Part shown: piece by piece, positions 58,744 to 64,000 of the stretch
Layout: every line of letters starts with the position of its first letter
Position numbering within the stretch: position 1 is the first letter of the stretch
Assembly (NCBI GenBank): GCA_016748015.1
Contig: JAAOMT010000070.1
Location: forward strand, 62,001 to 126,000
Direction: 5' to 3'
Source of the DNA: Geosiphon pyriformis uo1
Lineage: Eukaryota > Fungi > Glomeromycota
DNA: 64,000 nucleotides
Made by a program: the position numbers and the translations under genes
Notes under the pieces: generated by a model
Told to the model about the DNA's origin: nothing
Databases searched by the model: none
Seen by the model: the letters and a program-made list of their open reading frames with translations, nothing else

Positions 58744-61627
58744 ATGGAATGTTCAGCTCAAAATACTGAAGAAACCAAGCCAAAAATCAAAAAATCCGTT
58801 CGCTTCAATGTCCCTTCACAGCCATCTAGTAAATCTTCAAGAACTCATATTTCTGGGCGTAGTTTTGGAGATTTACTGAACTTATGGCGCTAAAGAACCT
58901 TTTCTCCTAGCACCAGAACGAATCCTTCAACCCCCACCACCACCTCTTGCCTATGAAAAACCTCTTTGGAGTGGATTACTACCACAAGACAAATATGCCT
59001 TTGAAGTTATAAAGGAAGGCGTATCCCTGGATATAATACAAATTCCTTTCAGAGAGTTCATAGTTCTTGGTATCTTGATCCCATTTAACATTTTCCCAGT
59101 TTCCGCTTATATTTCACGAACTTTTAAATAGGACGTCTGCCCACCTGCGATATCATAATGGATCACCCTGTATCCTTATCTAAGTGCAAAATTTTATGTT
59201 GAAAAGATCTCATTGTTAGCGAAGTAACCCTTAATTCTTAACCCTTTCCCACAGTCTATATCAAGACATCATGCAATATTGCAGTTCAAGGATAATGGTT
59301 GGTTTTTTTCACAAATTTTCTCAATTATTGGCTTATTTTCTATACAGTTTTAAGTATAACAAACGTACTTTACAGGGGAGATATACATATATGATTTGGA
59401 TAGTGTGCATGGGTCCATATTGAACAGATCCCCAGTGCCAGCACGAAGTTATACCAGAGTCAGGGTTGGGGATCAATTAAGATTTGGTGAGAGTTCGCGC
59501 ATATATATTCTACAAGGACCTGAAGATGAAGATTTTGGAGAGCAGCTCATAAATACTCACCCTATTAGCCAGCAAAAGCAAAAAAGTATCCCGGAGGAAA
59601 CAGGTGTTACCTGGTAAGATTCTTCTAGTTTCCTATTTTGTTATAATTATATCATAGCATTGTATAAATTTTAGCCGTCACAAAGGGGATTTTCTGAGGA
59701 TGCAGACGCAGAAAGTGAAATGCCCGAGACATCTATCGATACATGGAAACGAGATGAAAACGCTTACTATTACAAAGATCCCCGAAAGGCGCTGCGCAAT
59801 TGGTTTGATGTATGCAATGTATCTTATTCGCTTTTGCTCAAGAAAATATCTGATTATAATCTTAATCTTCTCAGAACTGTGGAATTGATATGGAATTTGA
59901 AATAGAAGAACAAGGGCCCGTACATGCTCGCACCTTTACAGCACGGTATTTTAACGTGTTTTCTCCATTTTTATTTTTATTTTTACTATCATTATATTAT
60001 TATTTTTGAAGTGATTAATTCATAAATATTTCAGAGTTCAATTGCCCGATGTCGAGGATGCTTATGGACCAGTATATGGATTAGGGTCTAGTTCTAAAAA
60101 ACGGTAATATTCCATCAAGAGATTATGGCTTTTAAACTCAGACGATAACTCAATCTTTATTTTTAGAGATGCTGAAAAACAGGCTGCAATTGATGCCTGT
60201 GAAAAATTGGATATGTATGGTGCTTTGCGAGGAGGACACGATGAAACAGGTAGGATATTTAATTAATACTCTTAAGAAACCAAAACTATTAATCTTGATT
60301 TTTCATAGCAATTAGGAAAAGGCGACTTCGTCGATTATTAGGCAAAGATGAAGATGAAACTGATTCATTTTATGATAGAACTAATTCCTGTAAGCTGACC
60401 AAACTTCAAATAAATACTGTCTATCTTCTGCCAATTGTTAATTAAATTTTAATATTAGCCGAGCGGAATAAGTCGCGTAAATCGCAGAAAAGCCCTTCTC
60501 AAAAAGTAGAAACTTATGAATCACTTACACAACGAAGAAAAGAACTGGTAATTCAGATTGCTGATTTACGCCACAGAATATCTGAGATCAACCACTCGGG
60601 TTTGTTTACTGTATTGAAGTTTTTGTTCTAACCGATCATATTGCCAACTTTAACCCGTCCTTTATAATTAGATAAAATGATTCCTTCAAACCTTGATGAC
60701 GATTTTGATATTTATATGAATAAATTACAACAAAACTTGAGTGGTGAATCTAAATCAGATTTGGAATTGGCTTTGGAAGAAATGATGAAGGTTTTTATTA
60801 GGGTATTATTTAATTATTTTTCCATACTTCTAATTAATTTTTGTATCCAAATTCGATAACTTGACAGCAAGATCAGCGTTTATCGAAACTTATTGATATA
60901 ACCAAACCAGCTGACATCCTACAAGATCATCTGTTTTCTACCTCATTAAAAGTTTCATCCAAGTCTAAAAGGTGTGTCATGGGAGAACTTGGAAGGGTTT
61001 ATTTTACTATTGTTTTTAATGCTCAGTTATTTTTATGCGGTTTTAACATCTGATTGATATCTTTTTATCAACATGTGTAACCTCTATTTTCTAGCCGTCA
61101 AGATGATGTGATTGAAGAATTAAGCGACATACAGGTAAATTTAATTATTTCTTTTTCGAATTTGCCAATTGACTCATTCCTATCAAAACCTGATATCCAT
61201 TTTGATATTAGAACTCAGCACCAAAAACCTTAAATGTATCATCAACGTCCAAATTTTCAGACTCTTTATCCCAACAACCCGAAGATAGAGATTCGTTCTC
61301 ATCAATAGAAAGAAAAACTAAAAGAGAACCCCCAGAAATCGCTGAATTTTTCGATAAAGGAAAGAGGGCAAAAATTATGGCCCCTATGACCCCCAAAGAG
61401 TATGAAGATCAACAAATAGAAATGAATAATGAAATAGAGGAGTTTGATATAGAAGCTGAGGATGACATTACTGCCTGGGACCCACCTCAAGGACAGACAG
61501 GTAAACCTATATTTATGGACATAATAATTGATAATATGTTCAAAGCTGTAATTCATATGGTGAAAACTTTAATCATTATATAACAGGTGATGGCAGGACA
61601 GCACTAAATGACAAGTTTGGATATTAG
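58744..61627 (+). CDS. SLC4A1AP: Kanadaptin homologue (FHA + dsRBD-like + coiled coil)
   Basis: YEKPLWSG, FHA GRLPTCDI.MDHPSISRHHAILQF...YDLDSVHGS.LN..RVGDQLRFGESSRIYILQGP; YYKDPRKALRNWF; DSFYDRT; C-terminus WDPPQGQTGDGRTALNDKFGY*. Confidence 0.9.
59170..59254 (+). other. U12-type (minor) GT-AG intron in the kanadaptin FHA domain
   Basis: 5' GTATCCTT, branch TTCTTAACC at 59235-59243, CAG acceptor 59254; removal joins DHP-SISRHHA. Confidence 0.85.
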
Positions 61628-62299
61628 TAGGTCAATTGTGGTTTCAATTTACTGTGCTTCATTGGATGTGTATCTATAAATAAGATGGCTTTTAGTCACT
61701 TGCACACGTTACATTTACTCTACTTTCTAGGCTCTCCCTGATTCCACTGATTCAAAAAAAAAAGAAAGGGCTGATTGTCACTTGAGAGATCTGATTTTTA
61801 TACTTGAATTTGATGATCAGCCACTCACTACAGAACGATTATAAATCAGAGTTCATTGGCCGAAAATATTTTTTTATTATCTAATATTAAACTGTAAAAG
61901 TTCTGGTCTATTCCTTCCGTTATTCCACATACTTGTGAAAATTTCCACCATTCCGTGATATGTTTATATTACTATTTCACAAAGTGAAACAAGCACTTTA
62001 GCATATCCTTAATTTTGAACCAAATTTTTGAAATATGAAATTAAAGATTTTTGAGATATTTAAATTCAGTTTGGTGAAAAAATTTGCCTATTAATAAAAA
62101 TATTAATGAGTTGCTTAGTAATGCTTACCAGATTGAAATTGCGAAAAGAAATATTCCATTCTGTTCTTTTATTTTAAATTGGTTTTTCAAAATGTTGTTA
62201 TTAAAAAAAGTTGCCTTCATATCTGTATTTTTAATACAAACCAAAAAAAAGAATTTCAAGTAATAAAAGCAGCATTTTTTCAATTTTCAATATTAAAAC

Positions 62300-64000
62300 G
62301 GATATAAAATTAACATCACAAAATTTTGAAATTGTTTAATTATCGAATACTTTTAAAATAATAATAAAAACAGTTTTAATTAATTATTGAATTTATTAAG
62401 TTTATTAATTAAATAATTGTAACAATCATTCTGTCAATTGTAAAGAAAAATTTTTAAAATTATAATATTGCAATTTTTTTTATTTTTATATATAATTAAA
62501 ATAATATTTTTTTTATTGCCGAAATGTACCCCAAACACTGAATATTCGATACAATGCAATTATTGTACATTGGACGTAAATTGCGCATAACCAGCCATTC
62601 GAAAATAATATTATAATTATTATTATTATAATTATGTCTTAAATTTTACATAAATTTTGTTGTTATTACATTTACTTAAAAATAACCATTTTTTTACTTG
62701 TATAATATTGTAGTTTTTTAAAAAAATAGTTATTAATTCAATTTTTAAAATATGTATAAAATGTTTTTTTTACAATTGTAATTTCATTTAAAATTCCAAA
62801 TTTTTGTTTATAATAAATGTAAATTAAGTAATAATATTTTAAAATTATTGTGTTAAAAAGTATATTTTGGCAAATTATAAATTATTTTATTAAACTATTA
62901 AATATTTTTTTAAATTTTTAAATATTTTAATGAATTTTTAAATATTATAATATTTAAAATATTGTATAATTTAATTATATTTATGTATTATATAAATTAA
63001 ATTATTAATTAAATAATAATAATTAATAATAATAATTAAAAAATTAATTTATGTTTCTAATAACTTAATTTTTATTTAATAATAATAATTTAATCTAATT
63101 TTTTAACATTGTTTAATAAAATTATTAAAAATTTAATTATTAAAAATAAATTTACTTAAAAACAATTTGGTTTTTTTAATATAATACTTAATATTAAAAC
63201 TATTTATTTTTTATAAAATTAATAAATAAATAGCAGTTTTTTTATTTTAAAAAAAAAGCTTAATAGTATTTATATTATTTTTATATTACCAAAATCTATT
63301 TTAATCTTAAAACTAACAAAGTTTTTAGACACGTTAATTAAAAAACTAACAAAATAATTAATGATTTTTATTATAATAATCATATTTTTTCTACTTTAAA
63401 ATTTTTATGCAAATTTTTATTCAAAAAAAAGATAACCAAAACAATTAAAAAACCAATTAGTTTAACAACAAACTTAATTAAATTAGCCAAATTAAAGATT
63501 TTAAATTTTTTGAAATTTAATTACAAAATTAATAACAAAAATAATTAAAAATACAAAAAAAAAAAAACTCCAAAAAAACAAAACCATTTATATATAATTT
63601 TATATTAATAAAAAATGGCTAAAATTTTTAAAATCATTAGCAAATTTAAAAAAATATTTTATAATCCAAAGATAAATAATCTAAACTTTAATATTTATAA
63701 TAATATTAATATTCAAAAGTTTTTTATTAGTACTTATATAAAATACAAGTATTTAAAACAATTAAGCTTAAAATTTTTAAAGAATTAAAAATTACAATAA
63801 TAAAATATTAATAATAATAAGAATTAAAAAAATAGAAAATAAACCATATATAATTATTAATTTAAAAAATTAAATTACTAATTTAAAACAATATAAACAA
63901 AAAAAATATATTTTTAAAAATAATAATTTTTTTTTAATTAAGCAGAAAAAAATTTTATTACTGTTTTTTTAATTAGTACAAATTAGTTAATAAAAATAAT
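62300..64000. other. AT-rich eroded block, probable repeat relics
   Basis: Composition as in 28-30.6 kb; no ORFs. Confidence 0.45.

Noticed and set aside
59070-59131. GTATCTTG donor as a third U12 intron
   Set aside because: No CTTAAC-type branch site near the acceptor; treated as U2-type

Overview
Eukaryotic, intron-rich fungal DNA. Gene content and repeat families resemble an early-diverging fungus, most likely Glomeromycota (Geosiphon-like); this is recognition from memory, not a database result. The window alternates sharply between gene islands (~6.2-13.9 kb, ~30.7-62.2 kb) and extremely AT-rich blocks of C->T/G->A-eroded retroelements (1-6.2 kb, 14-30.7 kb, 62.3-64 kb). Recognisable genes: MUS81, AIM29/UPF0538, an RLM1/MEF2-type MADS factor, SLA1, mitochondrial EF-G (MEF1), a MATH-BTB-BACK protein, INTS4 and kanadaptin (head-to-head, each with a U12-type intron), two hypothetical genes, a forkhead pseudogene and a PD-(D/E)xK-like nuclease pseudogene. 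Repeats: a Ty3/gypsy 3' end with an extra ORF, LTRs, and RNase H-bearing LINEs of different ages nested with readable target-site duplications. Main leads: (1) three tandem structured RNA-like units (closing stem + conserved GTTCAAGG..CTGA core) inside the GC-AG first intron of the nuclease-family gene; (2) an ORF1-only retroelement that carries the autonomous LINE's 3' tail; (3) RIP-like, mostly non-CpG C->T erosion of repeats.
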